From: Acidobacteriota bacterium
Lineage (GTDB): Bacteria; Acidobacteriota; UBA6911; RPQK01; CBDDCF01
DNA length: 64,000 bases
NCBI GenBank assembly: GCA_965225995.1
Contig: CBDDCF010000019.1
Span: 11,310-75,309, forward strand
Direction of reading: 5' to 3'
The position numbers and the translations under genes were made by a program. Numbering within the stretch: the first letter of the stretch is position 1; the number at the start of each line of letters is the position of its first letter. Shown one piece after another: positions 1 to 9,780 of this stretch. The notes beneath the pieces were generated by a model. The model was not told the DNA's origin and ran no database searches. It worked only from the letters and a program-made list of their open reading frames with translations.

Positions 1-1587
1 CCTACCAGCACTTGTCTGACGACTACACTCCATACCGTTGACCTTCCAGGAGGGGATCTGAGCTCCTCCCATCTCGATCATGAACTGGAGGCTGCCATCC
101 GGCTCTACTGCGGCCAGCGAAGGATTGAGCCGGGCCTGGGGAAGTCCCTGGTCCGGGAGGTAGCTACTCGGGACCGGTTGAGCGGGGATGTTGGCCAGGA
201 TTCCTTCTCGTCCAAACAGGGAAGTCAGATAGATGGGTACCGAACTGCGGACATAGACCGCTCCCCCCACCTGACCGGCAGCCTGGGGAATCAACTCTAC
301 CCCCAGCAGTTGTGAGATTCTCTGACCCGGCGCCAGGGTTCGCGTCGCCGTTCCCAGGATCTGCCCATCGGCCGCGATGGCCACAATTCGCACGTCTGCA
401 GCCAGTGCCGCCGAGTTGAGCAGAGCCACACCGGTGAAAAACCCGAGATCGGTCGCCAGATGGGAAAAGGCCGCCTGCCGGCTTCCCTGAGCACTCGTCG
501 CCACGGCTGCCAGCGATTTTGACGCTGGCACGGTATAGCTGAGGGCTCCATGCAAGACCTGTGTGGTGGCAGCCACTTCCAACCAACCGTCCCGCAACTG
601 ATCGCCCACAAAGCCGAAGGTGTCGGAGATGTCTAGCCTCAGCACCTGTCCCGCTTCCAGGGGCAGGCTTACCGGATTGGTCGTAATCTCATCCGATCCA
701 AACAGCTCTCCGTCTTCCTGGCGTGCCGTTAGCGTCACTAATGTGTCTGCTGCCGAGAGATTGTCCAGGGACAACTCGGTGCGAATGCTTTCTCCCACCG
801 CCAACTGGGGAAAGTAGAGACGGTTGAGCTGCTCGTCTGCAGGTACGGCGTTCAGACCCAGCAAATCTCCCTCGGGCTGACGCACGAAAGCGAAACCGGC
901 TACCGCTTGGGTGGAAGTGAGGCTCACGATCGCCGGATCGGGGAAAGCGACGGCTCCGGCCGGGAGGATCTCGGCAAAGACTTCCTCAACGTCCAGGCGT
1001 CGCACACCGAGGGAGGGGATCTCTAGAGTGTCGGCCGTCAGGGGTGTCTCTCCGCCTTGCAGTGTCAACTGGACGGTGGCGGCTTCGGTGCTTGGGTTGA
1101 CCAGGTTGGTCTCGGTCGAGAAACCGTCAGCCAGCCGAACCTCGGGAAAGACCAACTGGGTGTTGCTGCGGGGTAGATCGGCGCCATCGAACAACGTGAA
1201 GTCCGGCAGATTCAAATACAGGAAAAACCCGGTCAGATCTGACGAGGTACTTGTATCTTCAATCCAACCCACGGTATCGGCCAGCCCAGTGCCGAACAGC
1301 TCGACGATCACCTCGGCGAACTGGAGACCGGCAGCGATGGCGATCTGCCTCCGGTTTTCGAATCCGGAAGCTTCGATGAGCCTGCCGGTATCGTCATAGG
1401 CGGCAAAAGTGACCGACGCCGAAGTGCTGTTGGGAGTCAGTAACGCAATTCCAGTCAAAGTGCCTTCTTCGAAGGAGAGGCGGGGGAAGATCAACCGGCT
1501 CTGACCGCTGGTAAAGCTGGCCAGCACTCCGAAGATCGCAAGGATCAGCACACATCGCTTAGATCTTTTCGAGTGAGCTTCGCCCAT
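1..1587 (-). CDS. hypothetical secreted protein (partial, continues past window start)
   Basis: Own translation: the reverse-strand frame is open for 529 codons from ATG (1587..1585) to base 1. It is absent from the ORF track because no stop lies in the window. The N-terminus MGEAHSKRSKRCVLILAIFGVLASFTSGQS looks like a signal peptide. No family recognised. Confidence 0.6.
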   Translation of the reverse strand, partial: MGEAHSKRSKRCVLILAIFGVLASFTSGQSRLIFPRLSFEEGTLTGIALLTPNSTSASVTFAAYDDTGRLIEASGFENRRQIAIAAGLQFAEVIVELFGTGLADTVGWIEDTSTSSDLTGFFLYLNLPDFTLFDGADLPRSNTQLVFPEVRLADGFSTETNLVNPSTEAATVQLTLQGGETPLTADTLEIPSLGVRRLDVEEVFAEILPAGAVAFPDPAIVSLTSTQAVAGFAFVRQPEGDLLGLNAVPADEQLNRLYFPQLAVGESIRTELSLDNLSAADTLVTLTARQEDGELFGSDEITTNPVSLPLEAGQVLRLDISDTFGFVGDQLRDGWLEVAATTQVLHGALSYTVPASKSLAAVATSAQGSRQAAFSHLATDLGFFTGVALLNSAALAADVRIVAIAADGQILGTATRTLAPGQRISQLLGVELIPQAAGQVGGAVYVRSSVPIYLTSLFGREGILANIPAQPVPSSYLPDQGLPQARLNPSLAAVEPDGSLQFMIEMGGAQIPSWKVNGMECSRQTSAGR

Positions 1588-1819
1588 GATTCCCCCCGGC
1601 GAGTTGAATAAACGCATCTCAGCCGAAAACCGAGCAGATATGGATTACAAATACTATGGCGAGATCTAGCGGAATGCAATCGTAAGCCCAACCCAGGCGC
1701 GGTTGGATCATTCTGTTGGGTCAGCTTTTCCGCAAAGAAGCTGCGGAATCGTTAGTTGCAGATTGGCTGCGAAGCAGGGTGGAGCTATCGTTGACGACCG
1801 AGATGAGGCGCCCTATCTG

Positions 1820-2422
1820 TCAAGGGCTGACCCGCGCCACCTTGAGAATTCGAATCGGTGGAGTCAGTCGCTGCCCTTCTGCCGAAGATTGCTGGATTTT
1901 CCGCACCACCCCCATCCCGCTCGATACGTCGCCAAAGGCCGCGAAACCCTGGCCATCGGCATTACGGTCCCCGCCGAAATCAAGCGACGGGTGATCGCCG
2001 ATGCAGAAGAAGAAGCTTGAGGTCGCACTATCGGGGCCACCGCGGGCCATCGATATCACCCCATCGAGATGCTTCAAACCCGTCTTGTTGGTCCGTTCCA
2101 GGGGAATCGGCGGAAAACCCTGTTGAGCCTTTTCCGGATTTGCGCTGGCCTGGATCACTTCGATACGAACGTCATTATCGGGCTGATTGTCCATCGTCAC
2201 CGTGCGGTGGAACCGGCCTCCATCATAGTGTCCTCCATCAACGTAGCGAAAGAAATTCTTGGCCGTATCGGGAGCCAGTGCCACATCGATTTCGACTTCG
2301 ATATTTCCCAGGTCGGTTTCGATCCGGACACGTACAGCATCCTGCCCCAGGATCATGCCCGGAAGGAGAGCCAACCCCACCAAGACTCCCCACCACCTTC
2401 TCCTTGTCTGATTGTTTGTCAT
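1820..2422 (-). CDS. peptidyl-prolyl cis-trans isomerase, cyclophilin type, probably secreted
   Basis: ORF 1820..2521 has cyclophilin-type stretches (GGRFHRTV, GVISMARGGPDSATSSFFFCIGD, GFAAFGDV). Start moved to the internal ATG at 2422 (MTNNQTRRRWWGVLVGLALLPG, signal-like), which removes the overlap with the M14 gene. Confidence 0.9.
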   Translation of the reverse strand: MTNNQTRRRWWGVLVGLALLPGMILGQDAVRVRIETDLGNIEVEIDVALAPDTAKNFFRYVDGGHYDGGRFHRTVTMDNQPDNDVRIEVIQASANPEKAQQGFPPIPLERTNKTGLKHLDGVISMARGGPDSATSSFFFCIGDHPSLDFGGDRNADGQGFAAFGDVSSGMGVVRKIQQSSAEGQRLTPPIRILKVARVSP

Positions 2423-2507
2423 GATATTCCTTGGTGAAACTCGAAAGTTCAAAGTTTTGGATTCCTTCCTGAGTTTCCGATCTAATCCCCACTTTATCCC
2501 TGCGAAA

Positions 2508-5087
2508 TCATCTGCTCCCACTTTCTCTTCGCTGGATCAGGGTATTGAAGAGAAGCTTGAAAGTACCGTTCGTTTGGGCTCGGCTCTGGGTCCGAAAGCC
2601 GACCAGAATGATTCGGCCTTCGCCCTGCTGAGCCGAGATCATGGCTGCCTTTTTCGCCAGATGTTGCTCACCGATCAGCCAGCCACTTTGCAGCAAGTCC
2701 CTCTCTTTGAAGGTCACGATAGGTGTGTAGCGCTCGTTGTAATCGGTCGGATTGATCGAAAACGCGGGGCTGTTCCAGAACAGAATCAGGCCCTCATCAG
2801 GCATCCCATAAGCCAGTGGATGCTGATTCTGGAAGTTGACCTTCAGGGTCGAGCCGGGGCAGAAGTATTCCTTGCTGTCGATGCCGGCCACCACGTTTCG
2901 TATGGGAAGCTCGAACTTCTCTATGGCAAACCCAGTGGCATCGCCGAGCGCCACCAGATCACCGCCCCCCTCAACGAAGGACTTGATGGCCGCCAGACCC
3001 TCTTCTTTGATTCCGCTCCGATACTCAGGTGGCACGGATCGGTCCGCCTCTTCCGAGAAATCTCCCATGATGGTTCTCGTCCGATCGTGGGGAAAGATCA
3101 GGACGTCATACTTGTCTCTCAGGTTTCCGGCCTGGATCTCGGCGTCCATGACAGAAGTGTAGGGAAACGCGTACTGCTCCAGCAGGAAACGCGTCCAGCC
3201 TTCATCCATGTTACCGCCTCGATAACCCTGGTACATTGCGATGCGCTGCCGCTGGGCGGGGTGGGTGCCCTGCTCCGGAATGGAGGCGCGGCCTTCAAAG
3301 TTGGCTCCGCTGTCGGTTGCGATCCGGTTCAAGAGGGGAGCAGATGCGGAGAGCAAAAAGTCTCCCCGGTTGAGATCTGCCTGCGGCTCATCCACTCTTT
3401 GGATGGCAACGCCCGCATCCAGCAGCAGGTTGACCGCCTTGATGGCGGCGTTCTGGCGCCCGTCCAATCGAAAGTGCGAAGCCCCTCCTCCCGAAACGGA
3501 TCCCCGGGTCGATACTTGTTGCGACAGTCTTGTGAGCGAGGCACTGACTGGCCGATCGAGCGGGTCCACTCGGACGCCCATAAACTCGGCCATGGTGTGG
3601 GTGGCGGAATCATAGGGTCGGAGTGGTGATCCGTCGCGACTGCGGGTCCACTCGTTGTCGGGATAGCGAGTGCGAGCCAGCAGATTCTGAATCAATCCCA
3701 TCTTGGGCTGGGCCAAAGGGATCACAAAGGATCCCGCTGCGTAGCCCATCCCGTCGATTTCGAACGCACTGTCTGCCCGCAGAATCTCAATGTCGGAGAG
3801 GAGCAGCCTGTTGACCAACTCGAGAGTGGTAGGCCAGTCGTGCTGAGCCGCCGGGATGACGTACAACCGGGTGTCTCCATTGGCCCCTCTTTCGGTCTGG
3901 CGTTTGGCTTTCAGATAGGCATTTCGAAGCACGGTTTCACGGTGTCGAGCAGCTATGTCGAGGACCGCCCAGGCCGAAATTTTCTGTTGCTCGACCACGT
4001 CTCTCAATCGCCACCAACCGCCTTGCCAGGGATTGGGGATATTGGTTTGAGGCTCGTAACGGGGGAAGGAACGCGCCCCACCGCGCAGCTGGTCCGGGTG
4101 GATAAAGAGAGGAGTGGCAAGCCGGGCACTGGCCGACTCTGTCAACATCCCGGCAATATTGTGAAAGGGCGTAATCCAGTGCCAGCCAAAATGGCCCCAG
4201 CCGGGATACTGAGCCGCATTGAGGACTCCTGCCTTGCCGGCTTCTTCCAACCGGTAGGCGATGTGCCCCCCGTACCAGCTCAACTCTCGCCACATCAGGG
4301 GGTCCCCGTAAGGGCGGATCGGCTCGCCGTACGGGGGAACGTAGAACCGGGCTCCATAGCTGCCCATGTGATGGTGATCGACATAGGCCTGTGGCTTCCA
4401 ATCGCGATACATGATCTGGGCTGCGTAGATCGACTCGATCATGTTCAAGTAGTCGCCGTCGCGGTTGTTATCGTGACCCACATATTTGTGATAGAGCCAG
4501 GGTAGGCGAGAAGCTTCATATTCGGTTCCGAGGTACTTTCGATACCAGTCCGTAACCATGATCTGGCCGTCTGGATTGAAGGACGGGAACATGAAAAAGA
4601 TGACATCGTCCAAAATTCGGCGGGTCTCTTCGTCCGATCGGCTGGCCAGGTCGTAAGCCAATTCGGGCGCCATCTGGCTCCCTCCGATCTCGGTAGCATG
4701 CAGACTCATGGACTGTACGATGACGACCTTCCCCTGACCAATCGCATTTTCGATCTGGGCCTCACTCAAGCCGCGAGGATCGCTGATCTGAGCGTTCAGC
4801 AAGCGAAATTCCTCGAGCCGGGCAAAATTGGCGGCAGAGGTGATGATGACCGATAGGAAAGGGTTTCCCATGGTGGTGGGACCCATGTTGATGACGCGGA
4901 CTCGGTCACTCTCACCGTCAAGTCGATTGAAGTACTCGACTATCCGATCCCAGCGGGCCATCTTTCGATCGCTGCCCAGCTCAAATCCGAAGAACTCCTG
5001 GGGCGGCGTCACAGATTGGGCCAACGGGGAGCCTGGAAGGGCCAGCAGCAGAATCGAGAATAGAAAGGTTCGACGAAAAATCCTCAT
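2508..5087 (-). CDS. M14-family zinc carboxypeptidase-like peptidase, secreted
   Basis: 859-aa ORF with signal peptide MRIFRRTFLFSILLLALPGSPLAQS. M14 motifs are present: SLHATEIGG (HxxE), FPSFNPDG, YVGHDNNRD. Confidence 0.85.
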   Translation of the reverse strand: MRIFRRTFLFSILLLALPGSPLAQSVTPPQEFFGFELGSDRKMARWDRIVEYFNRLDGESDRVRVINMGPTTMGNPFLSVIITSAANFARLEEFRLLNAQISDPRGLSEAQIENAIGQGKVVIVQSMSLHATEIGGSQMAPELAYDLASRSDEETRRILDDVIFFMFPSFNPDGQIMVTDWYRKYLGTEYEASRLPWLYHKYVGHDNNRDGDYLNMIESIYAAQIMYRDWKPQAYVDHHHMGSYGARFYVPPYGEPIRPYGDPLMWRELSWYGGHIAYRLEEAGKAGVLNAAQYPGWGHFGWHWITPFHNIAGMLTESASARLATPLFIHPDQLRGGARSFPRYEPQTNIPNPWQGGWWRLRDVVEQQKISAWAVLDIAARHRETVLRNAYLKAKRQTERGANGDTRLYVIPAAQHDWPTTLELVNRLLLSDIEILRADSAFEIDGMGYAAGSFVIPLAQPKMGLIQNLLARTRYPDNEWTRSRDGSPLRPYDSATHTMAEFMGVRVDPLDRPVSASLTRLSQQVSTRGSVSGGGASHFRLDGRQNAAIKAVNLLLDAGVAIQRVDEPQADLNRGDFLLSASAPLLNRIATDSGANFEGRASIPEQGTHPAQRQRIAMYQGYRGGNMDEGWTRFLLEQYAFPYTSVMDAEIQAGNLRDKYDVLIFPHDRTRTIMGDFSEEADRSVPPEYRSGIKEEGLAAIKSFVEGGGDLVALGDATGFAIEKFELPIRNVVAGIDSKEYFCPGSTLKVNFQNQHPLAYGMPDEGLILFWNSPAFSINPTDYNERYTPIVTFKERDLLQSGWLIGEQHLAKKAAMISAQQGEGRIILVGFRTQSRAQTNGTFKLLFNTLIQRRESGSR

Positions 5088-5182
5088 GAGTTCCTCGCAG
5101 AGTTATAGAAAACGTTGTCGAGATTGTTTTTGTCAAAAACCATAATTAGGGGTTGCAGGACATAGAGAGGTTAGACGGTTAG

Positions 5183-5199
5183 CCCGGAGAATGCACGCG
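5183..5199 (+). repeat. solo IS1380-type terminal-repeat motif (CCCGGAGAATGCACGCG) preceded by TTAG
   Basis: The same motif forms both inverted ends of the MITE at 9180..9355 and resembles the ends of the IS1380-family element at 29118..32305. No inverted partner was seen nearby. Confidence 0.4.
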
Positions 5200-5360
5200 C
5201 CACGATGAAGCAGAGAAGTGCGGAACTAGTCCTCTGATACCCACACTTCGGCTTCATCTGCTCGGCAGTCGATCAAAATTGACTCCTCTTCGGTTGCTGG
5301 CCCGGCACTATGTCTCTACGATTGCATTTCTCTTCACTTGAGCTTTAGCGAACCGGCCTA

Positions 5361-6527
5361 GTGCATTGTCCGGAAAGTTCCCGATGTTAATTGTCAGGGT
5401 AGTTTGCTATTGTTGGGCATGGCAAGACCCCACATTCGACTAAAGCTACCCGAACAAGATCGAAGAATACTGGAGTCCTGGTTGCGGGCTTCCAAGACCG
5501 ATCGAGTCTTGGCCGAACGGGCTCAAATAATTCTGGCTTGCGGCCAGGGGCCGACGGCGACTGAAGTTGCGGAAAGGCTCTCCAAGCGGCTAATGAGTGT
5601 GCAAATGTGGCGCAGGCGCTATCTTGAGCAGGGAGTGTCAGGACTGGAGGATCGACCTCGATCGGGCCGTCCGCGGAAGCTATCGCATGCCAATGTGCGA
5701 GCTATTCTCAAAGCCACCGTTGAACGCATCCCACGGGAATCGACCTACTGGAGTGTGCGACTGATGGCCGAACACTCCGGAGTGAGCAAACATCAAGTCG
5801 CCCAGATCTGGAAGGCAGCCGACCTGAAGCCGCATCGAGTCCGTAACTTTAAAATCAGCAACGATCCTCACTTCGCCGAAAAGGTAATCGATGTGGTGGG
5901 TCTGTATATGGATCCGCCCGACAATGCGCTGGTTCTATCCGTGGACGAGAAAACTGAGATCCAGGCTCTGGATAGAACTCAGCCGATGCTCCAGCTCAGA
6001 CCGGGACAGATCCAACGCCGGACACACGATTACAAGCGCCACGGTACAGCCAGTCTGTATGCCGCATTCGATGTGGTGACAGGTGAGGTCATGGGCCGCA
6101 TCACCAATAGGCACCGAGCCAAGGAGTTCCTGGCTTTTCTCCGCCAGATTGATCAAGCGGTCGAGCCCGAACTGGATGTCCACTTAATCCTGGACAACTC
6201 GAGCACTCATAAGACCAAGCAGGTTCACAGCTGGCTGGCCCAGCGGCCCCGATACCACCTCCACTTTACGCCCACTAGCGCCTCCTGGCTCAATGCCGTC
6301 GAAAGCTGGTTCTCACAGCTGGAGCGCCGTTCGATCTACAGAAACTCTTTCAGCAGCGTCCAAGAGTTGAGACAGGAAATCAAAAGATATATTCGGGTTC
6401 ACAATCAACGCTTGGCCAAGCCCTTCAAGTGGCGCGCCACTGCTGACTCAATCCTGGCAAAGGTCCAAAATGCGCGCGAATCGCTCGGCCAATATTAACA
6501 TCGGGAACTTATCGGACAGCCATGCTT
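5361..6527 (+). mobile_element. IS630-family insertion sequence, copy 1 (1167 bp)
   Basis: Imperfect terminal inverted repeats: left GTGCATTGTCCGGAAAGTTCCCGATGTTAA, right end reverse-complement AAGCATGGCTGTCCGATAAGTTCCCGATGTTAA. The element is flanked by TA (5359-5360 and 6528-6529) inside a reconstructed CCTAGG target. A near-identical second copy lies at 54215..55378. Confidence 0.9.
5419..6498 (+). CDS. IS630-family DDE transposase
   Basis: ORF 5404..6498 with an N-terminal HTH region and a DDE_3-like C-terminal part (LSVDEKTEIQAL, LILDNSSTHKT, SWLNAVESWF). Start placed at ATG 5419 (MARPHIRL). It differs from the copy at 54273..55352 at about 5 residues. Confidence 0.9.
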   Translation: MARPHIRLKLPEQDRRILESWLRASKTDRVLAERAQIILACGQGPTATEVAERLSKRLMSVQMWRRRYLEQGVSGLEDRPRSGRPRKLSHANVRAILKATVERIPRESTYWSVRLMAEHSGVSKHQVAQIWKAADLKPHRVRNFKISNDPHFAEKVIDVVGLYMDPPDNALVLSVDEKTEIQALDRTQPMLQLRPGQIQRRTHDYKRHGTASLYAAFDVVTGEVMGRITNRHRAKEFLAFLRQIDQAVEPELDVHLILDNSSTHKTKQVHSWLAQRPRYHLHFTPTSASWLNAVESWFSQLERRSIYRNSFSSVQELRQEIKRYIRVHNQRLAKPFKWRATADSILAKVQNARESLGQY

Positions 6528-7421
6528 TAGGAACGTCCCATTCTGAAACTCTCCGAAGGCCTGACGCAGTTCCTGCTGCGTGTTCATGACGATCGGGCCG
6601 TACCAGGCAACCGGTTCCTGCAGAGGCTTGCCCGAAACCAGCAGGAAGCGGATTCCCGGCTCTCCGGCTTGCACCACAACTTCGTCTCCGCGATCGAACA
6701 GGATCAACGATCGATTGCCGGCCTCCTGGGGCGGAGCCATGTCGGCCCAACCCACACTCTCGGTGGGAACGGCCAACGGTCCTGAGGCGTTGCAAAACCT
6801 CCCGGCGCCCTCAAAGACGTAGCAAAAAGCGTGTCGGGTGGTCTCGACCGGGATCCGTTTACGCAACCCCGGAGGAACTGAGATATCGAGGTAATGAGGA
6901 TCGGCCGCAATCCCTTCCACTGGACCGCGGACACCCCAACCCTGACCACAAATCACACGTATCGAGGTTCCGTCGTCCTCCATCAGCTCTGGAATTCCCT
7001 CTGCTTGAATCTCCTGGTAGCGGGGAGCAGTCATCTTGAGCGAGGAAGGGAGATTGGCCCAAAGCTGGAACCCGTGCATTCGCTGCTGCTGATCACCACG
7101 CGGCATTTCCTGGTGGACAATGCCGTTTCCCGCCGTCATCCATTGCACATCGCCAGGACCGATCGTGCCCTCATTTCCCAGACTGTCAGCATGATCCACA
7201 TTTCCCGCCAAGACGTATGTAATGGTCTCGATTCCACGATGTGGATGCCAGGGAAAACCGGCCTGATAATCCTCCGGGCGGTCATTTCGAAAATCGTCAA
7301 GCAACAGGAAAGGATCGAATTCCCGGGTCTTTCCAAAGCCGAAGGCGCGCTGCAGCTTCACTCCCGCTCCCTCCAGCGTTGGTTTGGCCTGAATATGCTG
7401 TTTGACTGGGCGAATAGACAT
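6495..7421 (-). CDS. pirin-family protein (C-terminal tail replaced by IS630 end)
   Basis: 308-aa ORF with bicupin pirin motifs (GFPWHPHRGIETITYVLAG, GDVQWMTAGNGIVHQE). After the TA-containing Leu codon, the last 10 codons (KHGCPISSRC) and the stop lie inside the right end of IS630 copy 1. Confidence 0.9.
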   Translation of the reverse strand: MSIRPVKQHIQAKPTLEGAGVKLQRAFGFGKTREFDPFLLLDDFRNDRPEDYQAGFPWHPHRGIETITYVLAGNVDHADSLGNEGTIGPGDVQWMTAGNGIVHQEMPRGDQQQRMHGFQLWANLPSSLKMTAPRYQEIQAEGIPELMEDDGTSIRVICGQGWGVRGPVEGIAADPHYLDISVPPGLRKRIPVETTRHAFCYVFEGAGRFCNASGPLAVPTESVGWADMAPPQEAGNRSLILFDRGDEVVVQAGEPGIRFLLVSGKPLQEPVAWYGPIVMNTQQELRQAFGEFQNGTFLKHGCPISSRC

Positions 7422-7537
7422 GAGTTAGCTCCTTTTGAGAGGCAATTGAGCGTGCAATTTCGAGTATACCCCCCAAGTGGGCTTTCGGTGCGCAAACGAG
7501 CTGGACTTCCTGCCTGAGTTCCTTTCGTTCGTGCTCT

Positions 7538-9144
7538 ATGATCCGGAGGAGAATCGCCCTGTGTCTCGAACAGATTCGACTCTTACGAGCGCGCCTTCCT
7601 GCAGAATCAATCTCGCCCCATCCCTCTGCTGTGCAGTCAACCATTTGGCTGGCCGACGCGACTAATAGCTATCAAGAACTTGAGTGGAGGTCCTCAGAAT
7701 GCGGAATCGCGTGCTCGTTACTTTTCTCCTTACTTTGCTGTGGGCTGATGTTGGGGCGGCCCCAAACCGTGGTGCGTTCCGCCCCCGGGGCAGAACTGTC
7801 TCAAGATTGGGACTCGGCTCTACAGGAACTCGATCGGAGTGGCTCCCAAGAGTGGATTGGCTACAGCATCGAAGTCGATTCTTCGGTTCAGGTCTGGATG
7901 GGCGATTTCAACTTGAGAGTGGTCAACGGCAGAGTGCAGGTGGCGGGACAAGAGTCACTCGAAAGGCTACTCAGAAGCGACACAGCCGTAACGCCGGGCA
8001 AGTCGCGAATCGCACTTCTCTTCGGAATTTCCCGTACCGGGAGTATCCAGAGAGCCCGCTTTCAAGACATGAAACTTCCCCATCAGAGCCAGCGCGAGGT
8101 ACTTCACTGGCTGGGACATCGAGACATCGAGACCAGCCTGAGCCATCTCATGGATCTATTTCAAAGCACCACTGACTCCACTTCCTCGCGCTTCCTGGTC
8201 ACCGCCATCGGACTCCACGATTCACCGAGCGTCCTTCCATTTCTTCACCAGTTGCTGCAGCCGGATCAGCCGGCCAACCTGCGTGAACGGGCCGCCGGAG
8301 CATTGGCTTTTCAAACCCGAGCAGAGGCGGTTGACTTGGCCCGCCAGACTGCCCTGGCGGACCCGGTTCGACAGGTTCGTGAGGAAGCGGTCGAAGCTCT
8401 CGAAGAGAATCGGCACGCCGATGCTGAGGTCGCCCTGATCGGGCTCTTGAAAGAAACGGCACCCCTGGACGTGCGCCTGGAGGCGGCTGAAGGCTTGGCT
8501 TCCCAAACCCACGGCTCGCGCGGCTGCCGCTCTGCAAAGCCTGGCAAGCGATCAGCGCCAGGATATTCGCCTCCGACTAGAAGCTATTGAGGCCCTGGGG
8601 GAACAGCAGTTGAGAGATTCGTTCAACCGACTGCAAGACCTTTTTGAAGCCAGCACCGAACCGGCGTATCCGAATGGAGCTCATCGACGCTATCGGAGAG
8701 CAGGATTCGGACGACGCGAGTCAGTTCCTGAGAGGCCTGCTCTATGACTCGGACGATGTGGCGATCCAGCAGGAGGCAATGGAAAAAGTGGCGGAAGGGA
8801 TTGACGAGGAGGCGGCGACCGCGGTTCTCGCACAGGTGGCGGAACGGCATCGGGATCCCCGAATTCGAAGCGAAGCTCTCGAGGAATTAGCGGATTGGTT
8901 GGCTGCCAAGGCGGTCCAGGATGTGGCCCGCTCAGCTGTGCAAGATCCTCACCGCCAAGTTCGCAGGGATGCGGTCGAGATCTTGGGAGACATTGGGGAC
9001 GAGGCAGCCATCGATGCTCTGATCGCGATCATCAAGGACCCTGACGACACCAGCCTTCGCCGTTTTGCAATCGAAGCCCTAGCCGACTCAGGCCACCCCC
9101 GGGTCCGGCAGGTACTGCTCGATCTAGCCACAGGGAATCCGTGA
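7538..9144 (+). pseudogene. HEAT-repeat protein interrupted by two +1 frameshifts
   Basis: ORF 7538..8590 and ORF 8644..9144 both carry HEAT-like repeats (VRQVREEAVEALEE, VRRDAVEILGDIGDEAAIDALI). A third frame, 8511..about 8665, reads TARAAAALQSLASDQRQDIRLRLEAIEALGEQQLRDSFNRLQDLFEAS and bridges them. The shifts sit at CAAACCC (about 8504-8510) and GAACCGGCG (about 8658-8666). The start is uncertain; an alternative signal-like start at ATG 7699 in another frame would need a third shift. Confidence 0.6.
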
Positions 9145-9179
9145 GTTGGGCAATGGGGTCGCAGAGGATGACTCCTTAG

Positions 9180-9355
9180 CCCGGATAATGCACGCGTTTT
9201 CGAAGCGAAGGGCCGGAAGCGCCGCTCTGACAATACTTTACACCCGAGAGCCCCGCAGTCATAGTCATGCACTCTGCCGAGGAGCCCGAGAGTGGGGAAC
9301 GCAGTCAGAGCGGATGATCCCGGCCCTGCAGCCGAAAACTCGTGCATTATCCGGG
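9180..9355. repeat. 176-bp MITE with IS1380-type terminal inverted repeats and TTAG target duplication
   Basis: Left end CCCGGATAATGCACGCGTTTTCG, right end reverse-complement CCCGGATAATGCACGAGTTTTCG (22/23 match). Flanked by TTAG at 9176..9179 and 9356..9359. No ORF of coding quality inside. Confidence 0.75.
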
Positions 9356-9366
9356 TTAGCAGGGAG

Positions 9367-9452
9367 GCGAGCCGATATGGAGTGCTGCAGCGGGATCGCT
9401 GGCGAAAACTAGACGATTTTCTGAGACATTGAGCTGCCGCTTTGGTATCCGG
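9367..9452 (+). repeat. dispersed intergenic repeat, family B, copy 1
   Basis: GCGAGCCGATaTGGAGTGC...AGCTGCCGCTTTGGTATCCGG aligns by eye with 37564..37650 in the same orientation. Confidence 0.5.
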
Positions 9453-9545
9453 CCTGAAAACCGTCGGAAGTTCACATCCCCCGATTCCCAAGACCCGCTG
9501 CCCCGGACAACCGCCACCAGCTTGTCCCGAGTCCGGCAGCAGGAT

Positions 9546-9745
9546 CCCAGCGAAGCTCCACCCCGGAGAAGCCTACGAAATGCCCGAAGTTTTGGAGTCA
9601 ACTTGAGACTCTTTCCCCCCTCGCAGGCGCGGGGCTCTGAAAAGTGGGGCGCGAATCCACCCATCGTCAAGCGACCTCATTCACCCTTACAGAGCTCTGA
9701 TGATCCTGCCCCCATCCTCAGGACCGGCAGTGGAGTCCGGATGGG
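9546..9745 (-). repeat. dispersed gene-3'-proximal repeat, family A, copy 1
   Basis: About 200 bp aligning as a reverse complement with 62321..62531. The core (CTTTCCCCCCTCGCAGGC.CGGGGCTCTGAAAAGTGGGGCGCGAATCCACCCATCGTCAAGCGACCTCATTCACC..TACAGAGCTCTGATGATCCTGCCCCCATCCTCAGGACCGGC) is nearly identical. This explains the duplicated spurious ORFs starting MTMGGFAPHFSEPRACEGGK and MILPPSSGPAVE. Confidence 0.7.
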
Positions 9746-9780
9746 AATTGGCCCCTGGAATCCTTGGACCCTTTCTTCCC

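Noticed and set aside
2412-3629. 405-aa + strand ORF (and several 100-120 aa ORFs) inside the M14 peptidase locus
   Set aside because: It is antisense to a gene with clear family motifs. The composition-driven open frames are typical of GC-rich DNA, and no motifs were recognised.
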